A DNA stretch of 63,531 nt, the filler included, from Octopus bimaculoides (Eukaryota): the NCBI RefSeq assembly GCF_001194135.2. It is 5 parts of 5 records of this genome, joined end to end, with 100 filler letters (N's around TTAATTAATTAA, not from the genome) between each part and the next. Parts side by side here need not be neighbours in the genome. Positions count along the whole stretch, not along the records: positions 1 to 22,235 come from NC_069004.1; 4 more parts are not named here. One strand, written 5' to 3'. Both the position numbers and the translations under genes were made by a program. Positions 1 to 11,162 of the stretch are shown piece after piece; the first letter of the stretch is position 1, and each line of letters opens with the position of its first letter. Under the pieces are notes generated by a model. It was not told the origin of the DNA, searched no databases, and worked only from the letters and a program-made list of their open reading frames with translations.

Positions 1-203
1 GTGGTGGTGGTGGTGGTGGTGGTGGTGGTGGTGGGTGGGGGAGCAACAGGGTACTGTGTTTACACCAGCAGCATCATTATTGTCATCACAACCACTACCT
101 CCACCATCACCATCAGCATCATTGTCATTACTCTCATTGTCATCATCATCATCACCATTATCACCATCTCCACCGTCATCACTAAGCCACGCATCAATAA
201 AAG

Positions 204-524
204 CACACAGCTTAGCGGTTAGGGTATTCGGCTCATGATCATAAGGTCGTGAGTTCAATTCCCGGAGATGCATTGTGTCTTTGAGCAAGACACTTTATTT
301 CACATCGTTCCACTCCACTCAACTGACAAATGTGAGTAGTACCTGTAATTCAAAGGGCCGGCCTTGTCACATCTTGTGTCAACAGTGAATCTCCCCGAGA
401 ACTAACTACGTTAAGGGCACACGTGTCTGTGGAGTGCTCAGCCACTTGCACTTTAATTTCACGAGCAGGTTGTTCCATTGATCAGATCAACTGGAACCCT
501 TGTCGTCATAACTGATGGAGCGCC
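204..524 (+). mobile_element. SINE family C copy (tRNA-like head, CORE-like segment)
   Basis: A-box/B-box-like head (AGCGGTTAGGG...GAGTTCAATTCC), TTGTGTCTTTGAGCAAGACACT core, ends in a triplet-repeat tract. A second copy lies in reverse at 3579-3884. Confidence 0.8.
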
Positions 525-1180
525 GATACTATGATCATTATTATCACTACTACTACCACCACCACCACCACCACCACCACCACCATCATCACCACCACCA
601 CCACCNNNNNNNNNNNNNNNNNNNNNNNNNNNNNNNNNNNNNNNNNNNNNNNNNNNNNNNNNNNNNNNNNNNNNNNNNNNNNNNNNNNNNNNNNNNNNNN
701 NNNNNNNNNNNNNNNNNNNNNNNNNNNNNNNNNNNNNNNNNNNNNNNNNNNNNNNNNNNNNNNNNNNNNNNNNNNNNNNNNNNNNNNNNNNNNNNNNNNN
801 NNNNNNNNNNNNNNNNNNNNNNNNNNNNNNNNNNNNNNNNNNNNNNNNNNNNNNNNNNNNNNNNNNNNNNNNNNNNNNNNNNNNNNNNNNNNNNNNNNNN
901 NNNNNNNNNNNNNNNNNNNNNNNNNNNNNNNNNNNNNNNNNNNNNNNNNNNNNNNNNNNNNNNNNNNNNNNNNNNNNNNNNNNNNNNNNNNNNNNNNNNN
1001 NNNNNNNNNNNNNNNNNNNNNNNNNNNNNNNNNNNNNNNNNNNNNNNNNNNNNNNNNNNNNNNNNNNNNNNNNNNNNNNNNNNNNNNNNNNNNNNNNNNN
1101 NNNNNNNNNNGAATTGGTGGTGGTGGTGGTGGTGGTGATTAGCCCTAGGTCAGTCAACTCTGATCAACTCCCATTACTAT

Positions 1181-1212
<32 letters not shown>

Positions 1213-1279
1213 TGAATCTAAGATGACTTGGTAGCAACGTACCCTGATTTTGCTAATTAGGTTACATGTCACACACTGT

Positions 1280-1305
1280 TTCATGTAGTTGTTGCGATAG
1301 TATTG

Positions 1306-1336
<31 letters not shown>

Positions 1337-1745
1337 CGGTGGTGATGGTAGTAGTAGTAGTAGTAGTAGTAGCGGTGGTGATGGTAGTTATAGTAGTAGT
1401 AGCAGTGGTGGTGGTGGTGGTAGTAGTAGTAGTAGTGGTGGTGGTGGTGGTGGTAGTAGTAGTAGCAATAGTGGTGGTGGTAGTAGTAGTAGCAATGGTG
1501 GTTGTGGTGGTAGTAGTAGTAGTAGTAGTAGCAATGGTGGTAGTGGTGGTGGTGGTGGTGGTGGTGATAATAGTAGTAGTAGCAATGGTGGTAGTGGTGG
1601 TGGTGGTGGTGGTGGTGATAATAGTAGTAGTAGCAATGGTGGTGGTGGTAACAGTCGTAGTAGTAGCAATGGTGGTGGTAGTAGTGGTTGTGGTAGTGGT
1701 AGTAGTAGTGATGGTTGTGGCAGTAGTGGTAGCAACAGTGGTGGA
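1280..1745. repeat. Compound (GGT)n/(AGT)n triplet microsatellite
   Basis: Alternating GGT and AGT runs punctuated by AGCAAT; generates the poly-V/G/S spurious ORFs. Confidence 0.95.
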
Positions 1746-2860
1746 TCTTCCTTCAGTTTCAGCAATAAATATTCCTTTGTTCCAACAACTGAATTATTTC
1801 CCTTGCTAAACTCTTTTAAATGATTGTACGAGTGGCTGAGTATTCCACAGACATGACGTGTCTGCCTTTTAATGGAGTTCTTTTTAGGGCAAACCAACAT
1901 GACTTACAAAAAATACTTTGCAGGTTTGTACAGGGAGTATCATTAAAGGTAAACCATCACCTGCGCCCCCCCCCCATCACCACCTCCATTGCACTGCCCT
2001 GTTGAAAGCCTGCACACCCCACCCACCCCCACTACCATTATCATCCTCCTATCCTCTTTTCTGATATTTTACTCATCATGTAAAAATGTCTTCCAAGGAA
2101 AATATGTCAANNNNNNNNNNNNNNNNNNNNNNNNNNNNNNNNNNNNNNNNNNNNNNNNNNNNNNNNNNNNNNNNNNNNNNNNNNNNNNNNNNNNNNNNNN
2201 NNNNNNNNNNNNNNNNNNNNNNNNNNNNNNNNNNNNNNNNNNNNNNNNNNNNNNNNNNNNNNNNNNNNNNNNNNNNNNNNNNNNNNNNNTGCCATGTCGA
2301 TAGTGGAACTATTTCTTCAATGAAAAGGTCATGTTGCTGTAGCTGGGCCAGTGTTAAATGAGAGAGAGAGAGGAAAAGTGTGTGTGTGTGTTTCATAAAT
2401 GAAGTTTCATTTGTTTTTGATCAGAATCTTTCTTTTTATTCCTCGAAATCAAACAGTAACAATTACCTTTATTACACAATTTCAGTGCAAATAAATGAGA
2501 ATAAGAGGGGGATGAGGGGCGGGGCAGGTGGGGGGTAGGGCAACGGTTGAGGGCAATTAAATCTTTGCCTTCGTGACTGACTTTCCATTCTTACTTTGGT
2601 CAAATTGACATCCAAAAATGGTTGGCCTTACAGCAGCCCTGCCTCTCTAATTCTTCATTCTTCCTCTCATTTTCTAAGCATCACAATTTAATGAACAGGA
2701 AGTGTCTTAATGTAATGGAGGGCAAAAACCTCAATTATTGCCATATTTCATGCTGACTGAACTATTTCCACAGAAAATGTGTTTTACTCTTTCTTTTCTC
2801 TCCCTTTCTCTCTTTCTCTCCCCTCCAATTGCAAAGACACAATTTTTCTTTACATCACTG

Positions 2861-3387
2861 CTGTCTGTATGACCAAGCTATGACTGTCTGCATGGCCAAA
2901 CTACGACTGTCTGCATGGCCAAACTACGACTGTCTACATGGCCAAGCGACGACTGTCTACATGGCCAAGCTACGACTGTCTACATGGCCAAACTACGACT
3001 GTCTACATGGCCAAGCTATGACTGTCTGCATAGCCAAACTACGACTGTCTACATGGCCAAACTACGACTGTCTGCATAGCCAAACTACGACTGTCTACAT
3101 GGCCAAACTACAACTGTCTACATGGCCAAGCTACGACTGTCTACATGGCCAAACTACGACTGTCTACATGGCCAAACTACGACTGTCTACATGGCCAAAC
3201 TACGACTGTCTACATGGCCAAGCTACGACTGTCTACATGGCCAAGCTACGACTGTCTACATGGCCAAGCTACGACTGTCTACATGGCCAAGCTACGACTG
3301 TCTGCATAACCAAGCTACAATCTGTATGGCCAAGCTACAACTGTCTGTATGGCCAAGCTACAACTGTCTGTATGGCCAAGCTATGAC
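2861..3387. repeat. 23-bp minisatellite, about 23 copies
   Basis: Unit GACTGTCTACATGGCCAA(A/G)CTAC repeated head-to-tail with no spacers; the 23-aa periodicity of the overlying ORFs equals three units. Confidence 0.95.
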
Positions 3388-3578
3388 ATTCAGTTGCTAT
3401 CCATATCCAGTTGTTATCCATCTTCCTGTCTTCAACTCTAACCAATTGTTATTTATTAACAAAGATTTGCTCCCCAGCACACTGCGACCACTGCCCCATA
3501 GGTATGCTGTGTCTTCTCCTCACCTCTCCTACAGCTTCTTCTCTTCTCAACTATCAAGTTGTACTCCACCTCCTCTCT

Positions 3579-3884
3579 GGCACTCCATTGGTTATGATGA
3601 CAAGAATTCCGGTCGATCTGACCAACGGAACAGCCTGTTCATGAAATTAACATGCAAGTGGCTGAACACTCCACAGACACGCATACCCTTAACATAGTTC
3701 ATATGGAGATTCAGCATGACACAGAGTGGGACAAGGCTGACCCCTTTTGAAATATGGGTTCAACTCATTTTTGCCAGCTGAGCGGACTGGAGCAACTTGA
3801 AATAAAGAATCTTGCTTAAGGAGACAACACAGCCAGGAATCGAACTCACGGCCTTACGATCCTGAGCCAAATGCCCTACCCACT
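3579..3884 (-). mobile_element. SINE family C copy
   Basis: Reverse-complement homologue of 204-524 over its whole length. Confidence 0.8.
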
Positions 3885-4349
3885 CTATATACACATTTCT
3901 CTCATCTTCACATCAATTCAACTGCATCTCATCACAAATGTTTCTCTGATATAAATTTCCCAATTCTTCTGCCCCACAGCTACGTTCCTCTGAAAATTCT
4001 CCACCCCACCTCCTCCTCCTCCTCCCCTACCATGTTTTCCCCTACAGGTATCAACCTGAAAAGTTCAGGCTTAACATCACCTGTATCGATCTCGCTTTTA
4101 TCAATCTGATATTGATTGCGCCAAAGGCCGTGGTTCCTGTTACTCCACCTCCAATAAATTAGTTTTCTTATTTCTACTATTCTCAGGAAAAGCCTGCTTC
4201 CTAGCACCAACAATTTGGTAAACTGAGAAAACGTAGAATCTTAGAGAAAATGGATGATTTGAGCCTCTGATTCATATGTTAGCAGTTCTATACTGGTTCC
4301 ACTCGATCCTGTGACCCCCACCCCAGAATATACTTCATTATTTTCATAA

Positions 4350-4510
4350 TGCTCTGTGTAATAAGAAGTTTGATTCCCAACCACATGGTTTTGAGTTCAG
4401 TTGCACTGTGTGGCATCTTGGGTAAGTGTCTCCTACTGTGGCCTTGGGCCACTATTGCTTTGTGAATGGGCTTGATAGATGGAAACTTAAAGAAGCCCAT
4501 TCTGTGTAGG

Positions 4511-4541
<31 letters not shown>

Positions 4542-4778
4542 TCCTGTCGTCATGCTTTGAAGTTGTGATTGTTGTAAACAGGTATTACTGTCATGCTAGC
4601 AGTATCCTCCATTTCCAGTCTTCCACGAAAATATGCCTGGCAATGGAGAAATATTTCTTGAGAACAGGTGAGGGTTGGTGACAGGAAAGACATGCAGCCA
4701 TAGAAAAAATTCACCTCAACAAATTCCATTTGGCCAAGCAAGCATGGAAAAGTGGACATTAGATGATGATGATGATGC
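4350..4778 (+). mobile_element. SINE family A, tail type 2
   Basis: tRNA-like head (AAGAAGTTTG.TTCCCAACCACATGGTT...GTTCAGT), internal (TA)n(TG)n, tail ending GCATGGAAAAGTGGACATTAGA(TGA)n. Homologues at 8340-8755 and 43095-43495. Confidence 0.8.
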
Positions 4779-5235
4779 TCTTAGACTGAAGATGGAGGAT
4801 CACATCCTCTGGAGTAAAATCAAACAAGTGGACAACAACAGTTGTGTGACAGGCACAAGGGTTAAATAGTTCAACACATGTTGTACCAATTCTTGAAGAA
4901 TTCGTCAGTATTAGCCTCTAAACATTTCTTAAACTCTCCTTGGAAACTACTTTGTTAAAAATATCAAAGATCTAATATAGCTTTAATTTAATTTTTTTTT
5001 TCTTTACCAGAAATGTTCTCTCCATTTGATGTCTGTCTTCAAACACCAATAACTTTTTTACTTAGCTTTACCTATCTTTCAGATTTTTTTTACAAATTTT
5101 TTTTTTTATTTTCTATTTCGAGATCAAAAGTTTTTAAGTTATCAATTTTTTTCTTTTGTCATCTCAATGTCTGTCAAAGTTGTTTACAATCATCTTTGTA
5201 CTGTTAACATTGTACACATAATATGTACTAGTACT

Positions 5236-5490
5236 AAGACAGCAAGCTGGCAGAAACGTTAGCATGCCGGGCGAAATGCTTAGCGGTATTTCGTCTGCCG
5301 CTATGTTCTGAGTTCAAATTCCACCGAGGTCGACTTTGCCTTTCATCCTTTCGGGGTCGATTAAATAAATACCAGTTACGCACTGAGGTCGAATATAATC
5401 GACTTAATCCATTAGTCTATCCTTGTTTGTCCCCTCTGTGTGTAGCCTCTTGTGGGCAATAAAGAAATAAGAAACGTTAGCATGCCAGGT
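5236..5490 (+). mobile_element. SINE family B copy followed by a repeated partial head
   Basis: GCTGGCAGAAACGTTAGC...GAGTTCAAATTCC head, GCCTTTCATCCTTTCGGGGTCGAT core (resembles the Meta-domain as I recall it), tail AATAAAGAAATAAG running into AAACGTTAGCATGCC again. Confidence 0.85.
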
Positions 5491-6168
5491 GAAATACTAA
5501 AGGACTAATCATCATAATTAATCAGGGATATAAACGACAGCAGTCCTGTTAGTAAGACCCTGTGTAAGGGATCTAGTTGTCACTTTAATGGATTTGTTTG
5601 CCATTTTGCTTTGTGGTACAGACACAGAAATAGATCAGTTAGTCTTGTCCTTTGTCATCTTAAGACAATAAATATTATCTTCTTAACTGGTGACAAGGCA
5701 AATTAATTAAATACACAGTAAATAATAAAGAACTAATAAGTCATTAGAGTTGTCGGCCCTGAAAATAGCAGAGGAGAGAGAAAATAAAACAAAGCTTTAA
5801 CTTTGAAATTTTCGCTTTAGTTATATTTTTGTTTTAATTTTCTGAATAGATACATATTTTCTAATTAGAAATTGTTTTAGTTGCAATCTATCAATTCTTG
5901 TTTGCAAAACTGATGAAGGTGCTATTTTATATTGATAAATATTTGTGGAAAGATGTGCGTTAATTATGTGATTAAGTGTGAGGATGTGTGTGTGTTTGTA
6001 TGAACCCTCACAAATGTGAGAAATTTCTTCCTTGAAATGATATGGAAATATTTCTGGACGAATCTAATTTGAAAGATATGCGAATGGAAAAGAGGGGAGA
6101 GTGGAAAGGAGGGAGAAATAAGATATTCATACTGTGTCCTGTAAGAACTGACCACTAAGAGAGACTGT

Positions 6169-6540
6169 GGCACAGGTGTGGCTGTGTAGTAAGAAGCTTG
6201 TTTCCCCAACTACATGGTTCTTGGTTCAGTCCCACTGTGTAGCACCTTGGGTAAGTGTCTTTTGCTGTACCCACAGGCAAACCAAGGCCTTGTGAGTGGA
6301 GGGAAACTTTAAAAAGCCCATCATATACTCTCTCACTTGTTTCAGTCATTTGACTGCGGCCATGCTGGAGCACCGCCTTTAGTCGAGCAAATCGACCCCA
6401 GGACTTATTCTTTGGATGCCTAGTACTTATTCTATCGGTCTCTTTTGCCGAACTGCTAAGTTACGGGGACCTAAACACACCACCATCGGTTGTCAAGCGA
6501 TGTTGGGGGGACAAACACAGACACACAAACATATACACAC

Positions 6541-6587
<47 letters not shown>

Positions 6588-6815
6588 GGTAGGTCTATGC
6601 ATGTGTGTATGTCTTTGTGCTTGTGTCTTTCTTCTACCACTGCTTGACAACCGGTGTTGGTGTGTTTACATCCTTGTAAATTAGCAATTCGGCAAAAGAA
6701 ACCGATAGAATAAGTACCAGGCTGGGGTTGATTCATTCAACTAAAAATTCTCAAAGCAGTGCCCCAGCATGGCCGCAGTCTAATGACTGAAACAAGTTAA
6801 GGATGAAAAGATAAA
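6169..6815 (+). mobile_element. SINE A (head 6169-6326, tail 6605-6815) containing an oppositely oriented A tail (6336-6530)
   Basis: Head and + strand tail match other A copies; 6336-6530 is the reverse complement of the A type-1 tail; (TA)n lies between the two tails. Confidence 0.8.
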
Positions 6816-7961
6816 GTGAAGTTTCACTTTATTCTTTGTATTTACTTCTTTATATTTGTAAAACTCTTAGAATAATCCAGAAATAGGTGGGGGTGGGGGT
6901 TCTGTCTGTTGGGTTAGATCTTGGGTTCTTTGTTATAATTCAACATCATCATCATCATCATTATCATCATCATCATCGTCATCATCATCATTTAACGACT
7001 GGCTGCCTTTCTGTTTACAAGTACAACATCTCTTGTTAATTTTTTTTACGTGCAGATCTTTGCATTGCTTTGTTATTGTTGTTGTTGCCGCTGCTGTAGG
7101 CTGACTGTCACTCCCCACCCTCAATACCACCACCACCACCACCACCACCACCGCCGCCACACCGTTGTTAATGTCTTTATTCCAACTATTGTCACTTTCT
7201 CCCATTTCTCAAAGAATTGGTTATGAAATTCACAGACTCCACATTCTGAACCCCACCCTTCGCCATCGGGGTGGGGGGGGGGTTCAGTCTCATATACAAC
7301 AACACTAAATCAAACAAACAAACAAGCAAGGGGTAGGGGTAACGGCTTATCAGTTCCTGGCAGGGGAATTAAGTACCAGAAATGGTCTGCAATAGTTTTA
7401 TCATAGCCTAGAGACATCTTCCTAGATTCCAACTAACAAGAGAAAAAAAAAACAAAAAAAACATCATCAACCTCCATATCTTCATTACGCACATCAATTC
7501 CTATATTAAATATTTATTCAACAACTTCCACCTGTCAGACTCGCTTCTCAGACTCTTGTGCAAGCCACCAACCCACCATCCGGCTAAATCTCATAATTAC
7601 GGAAATTTAAGACAACACATTCTTTCCTCTTTATTTTTCGCTATCTTTGTCCATTCTTTAGAGATAGAACAATATTAATTTTCATTCCATCTCTTTCTCG
7701 CAGTAGTGTCATTTCATTTTGTCAAGCAGGGTTCCATGGCTTTAAAAAAAACAAAGAATATAGCAGCAATTATCATGGCATCAAATAGAATACTTTTTGG
7801 TAGTCATTCCAGATCTTCATGCCCTGAGGTGAAATTCTGATCAGCTTAACTTTTGCTTTCGTCATTTTAAGACCAAGTAATAAAGTACCAGTTTTATACT
7901 AGGGTCACTTCTCTCTCTAAGGAGAAAAGTACTCAATTTATAGAGTTCAAACACACATACA

Positions 7962-8322
7962 CAAGGAGGGGCTGAAAAGTTCCTGGTTTTGAGTAAAAGA
8001 AAATACAGGAGGATCAGTTAATTATGATCTTATTCAACATATTCCCCTCACTGCCTTTCTTGGATGTGGTAGCCGTTTCGCATGCTTCCTCTCTGGAATT
8101 GAACCCCAATCCCCTGTTACCCATTGCCACCACGGTCAGCACTTACCAGGCCGTCAACAGTTGATAGGGCGGATTCGCAGGGGACCCGTAGCGTGAAGGC
8201 TAGTTGATACTAGCCCGTGCGATCGTATTCTAAGCCCTGTAAAAGAGCACAGAAGGTTGAGCCACCAACCAGGCCTTTTGTAATATTCTTCTTAAAACCA
8301 GGAAATTTTCAACACCCCCTTG
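7962..8322. mobile_element. Tc1/mariner-type MITE with an internal 18S rRNA fragment
   Basis: 32-bp TIRs CAAGGAGGGGCTGAAAAGTTCCTGGTTTTGAG vs CAAGGGGGTGTTGAAAATTTCCTGGTTTTAAG (27/32); TA on the right flank, CA on the left. Confidence 0.75.
8051..8224 (-). pseudogene. 18S rRNA: 18S rRNA gene fragment (5' domain), decayed
   Basis: Minus strand reads CGATCGCACGG...GCCCTATCAACT...GGTAACAGGGGATTGGGGTTCAATTCCAGAGAGGAAGCATGCGAAACGGCTACCACATCCAAGAAAGGCAG, matching universally conserved eukaryotic 18S motifs, with CpG-type substitutions. Confidence 0.9.
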
Positions 8323-8339
8323 TATTTATGTTATAATCT

Positions 8340-8755
8340 TGATTAGCCATATGATCAAGAAGCTTGCTTCCCAACCAAGCGGTTTTGGGTTCAGTCTCAC
8401 TTCTTGATACCTTGGGTGTCTTCTAAGATAGCCCTGGGCCGACCAAAGCATTATGAGAGAATTTTGGAGATGAAAACTTGAAGAAGCCAGTCTTCTGTGT
8501 GTGTGTGTGTGTGTGTCTCTCTGTCTGTCTTGTCATTGTGTGATGGTTGTAAAATGAATATCACCACCATATAAGCAGCGTCTTACAAAGTTTGTTTGTT
8601 TTGAATCTTCCATGAAAACATATTCACCCATGGAGAAATATTCCCTCATTTGGAAACGGATGAGGGTTGGCAACAAGAAAGGCATTTAGCCATAGAAAAT
8701 CTGCTCCGACAAATTGCAAACAGAAAAGTGAACATCAAAATGAGGAAAATGATGT
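8340..8755 (+). mobile_element. SINE family A, tail type 2
   Basis: Homologous to 4350-4778 including the central (TG)n. Confidence 0.75.
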
Positions 8756-9306
8756 GTATATTTCGGGGGTGTCCTTAGAAAGTAGCAGATATTTTCTGCT
8801 ACCTAAGGAACCAAGTTAGCAATGGAGGAGTTCAGCTTGACTGCATACATGTATACATTCATTGTTTGCTGCACTAGACCTATTTACTATCCAGGGGCAG
8901 AAATGTTTCTCATCCTCGCAATACTAAAGTATTGTTCATTAAAAGCTCTCCAAGGCTTCAGCAATATTTTACATTCATGATAGCTCTCTTCATGTATTTA
9001 TAAATAGGTGTCATGGGGCTACTCAGTAAAAACTTGCTATGTAATGGTGGGGTTTCCCCCCACTAAAAAGGGTCTGTTGTAGCCAATTAATGTAGGAAAA
9101 AAACTGATGAAAGTTTCAGAACACCTCACCTGCTACTACACCTGTGTCTCAGTTATGATTACAGGTGACATAGTTGAGATAACTGTGATGAAATTAGTCA
9201 ACCAGAGAACCTTTACATGAAGAAGGAACCTCCATATGGTCAATTGATGTACTAGAAATAACAACCAAATCTCCTTCAAAATGCAGTATATTGTTTTTAA
9301 AAAAAA

Positions 9307-9527
9307 GGCGCAGGTATGGCTGTAGTAAGAAGTTTATTTCACAACCACTTGGTTCCAGGTTCAGTCCAAGTGCATAGCCAGTCTTGTCACACNNNNNNNN
9401 NNGTCACACTGAATCTCCCTGAGAACTACATTAGGGGTACACGTGCCTGTAGATTGCTCAGTCACTTGCAAACTGTTCCGTTGATTGTATCAGCTGGGAC
9501 CCTCGTCACCGTAACTAACAAAGTGCC
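9307..9527 (+). mobile_element. Chimeric SINE: family A head joined to the family C 3' half
   Basis: GGCGCAGGTATGGCTG...GGTTCAGTCC (A head) continues directly into GCCAGTCTTGTCACAC...GAGAACTAC...GGACCCTCGTC (C 3' half). Confidence 0.6.
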
Positions 9528-9540
9528 CCTATATTATTAT

Positions 9541-9740
9541 TAAGGCAGTGAGCTGGCAGAATTGTTAGTACACTGGGCAAAATGCTTAGCAACATTTCGT
9601 TTGGAGTTCGAATTCCACCAAGGTCAACTTTACCTTTCATCCTTCCAAGGTTGACAAAATGGGTACCATTGGGGTCAATGTAATCCAGTCACCCCCTCTC
9701 CCAAAATTGCTGGCCTTGTGCCAGAATTTTAAACCATTAT
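9541..9740 (+). mobile_element. SINE family B copy
   Basis: Head, core and GCTGGCCTTGTGCCAGAATTTTAAACC tail followed by (ATT)n. Confidence 0.8.
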
Positions 9741-10091
9741 TATTATTATTATTACTCATGTAAATAATTGTCTTCCTCTTCACATACACACACCTGTACA
9801 TGCATTCATACACACACTGTATATTCAACATATATATATNNNNNNNNNNNNNNNNNNNNNNNNNNNNNNNNNNNNNNNNNNNNNNNNNNNNNNNNNNNNN
9901 NNNNNNNNNNNNNNNNNNNNNNNNNNNNNNNNNNNNNNNNNNNNNNNNNNNNNNNNNNNNNNNNNNNNNNNNNNNNNNNNNNNNNNNNNNNNNNNNNNNN
10001 NNNNNNNNNNNNNNNNNNNNNNNNNNNNNNNNNNNNNNNNNNNATATATATATATATATATATATGTAAATATATATATATATATATGTAA

Positions 10092-10131
<40 letters not shown>

Positions 10132-10191
10132 AAATATATAAAAAGATAAAGAGAGCAATGGTAAGGTTGGAAATATATTTTATGGATAGAG

Positions 10192-10237
10192 TCTTACAGC
10201 TGTTTCTGGGAAGATCCAGTACTTCCCTTCATCGGAA
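10192..10237 (-). ncRNA. Degenerate minimal hammerhead ribozyme motif (Penelope-like end)
   Basis: CCGATGA-A-GGGAAG/CTTCCC-A-GAAA-CAGCTGTA: U4C core change, 6-bp stem II, palindromic ACAGCTGT stem III, stem I only about 2 bp. Confidence 0.45.
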
Positions 10238-11010
10238 TATATATATAGAAAGAGAAAGATATAGTGTTTGTTTTCTGTTCGTCAATGAATAAGTAATTTC
10301 TGCTCTTCTCCTTGCTTCTTGCTGTCAGTCCATTTCTTTATTTATATTCACCACCAGATGTTCCAACTTAATTCTGAAAGAATCTCCGTGCCCCCCACCA
10401 TGCACACACACCAATCCTTGGTTCTAAAGACATTAGATGGGAGTCATTAGGTTCTTCTGTATTGAAGGTGTTCCTGTTTCTAATCTCATTCAAAAACACT
10501 CTGATGCAACCAAATGCTTCTCACTTCTGGTTTTTGTGAAGGTTTTCACTGGCAAGAAGAGTCCAATCCTATTTAGCTATTTCTAAATATCCTAGATATT
10601 TAGTTTCACTTCAAGTGAAGACTCCAGCAGTATTTTCTGTTTTTACCATCGTTTGCTTTTGAATTTGACATTTCAAAAGATCTTAATTTTATTCAACACA
10701 TTCCATACAATTTGATTAATGTTTCATTGAAAATAATCGACAGAGCAATGGAGACAGAATTAGGAAAAGTACCAAAGTTGTGAATGTTAATAGAAATTAA
10801 TGTTTGTTTAATGATTGTGATAGATTCCAGATATTGATATCTGTCTGTGCCAAATGAGAATAATGCAAGTTGAATAAATTATGCAAATTTGCATGAATAC
10901 ATTTGACATCATTTTATAGTTTCTGTGGTTCGTGTCATTATGACTACAACAAACAATATTCACTGGTTTTCATAATGTATGCTCATATCATCATCATCAT
11001 CATTATCATT

Positions 11011-11045
<35 letters not shown>

Positions 11046-11051
11046 TTAAAG

Positions 11052-11160
11052 CAGTGTTTCTCAACCATTTTATATTTATGGTTCCCTTTGATGGATGTTC
11101 ATGGCCATTCAATGTTTAAAAAAAATCATATACTTTTTTATATTATTGGGAATTGTATTT
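11052..11160. mobile_element. hAT-type MITE left end, interrupted by SINE A
   Basis: CAGTGTTTCTCAACC terminus; homologous to the start of 61796-62371. Confidence 0.55.
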
Positions 11161-11162
11161 TT

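Noticed and set aside
204-300. tRNA genes at SINE heads (families A, B, C, E)
   Set aside because: A/B-box-like motifs only; no complete cloverleaf, and each continues into a SINE body.
2829-3697. 185-aa and 191-aa ORFs, and a possible CRISPR-like array
   Set aside because: They are translations of a 23-bp tandem repeat with no unique spacers, no cas genes and a eukaryotic context.
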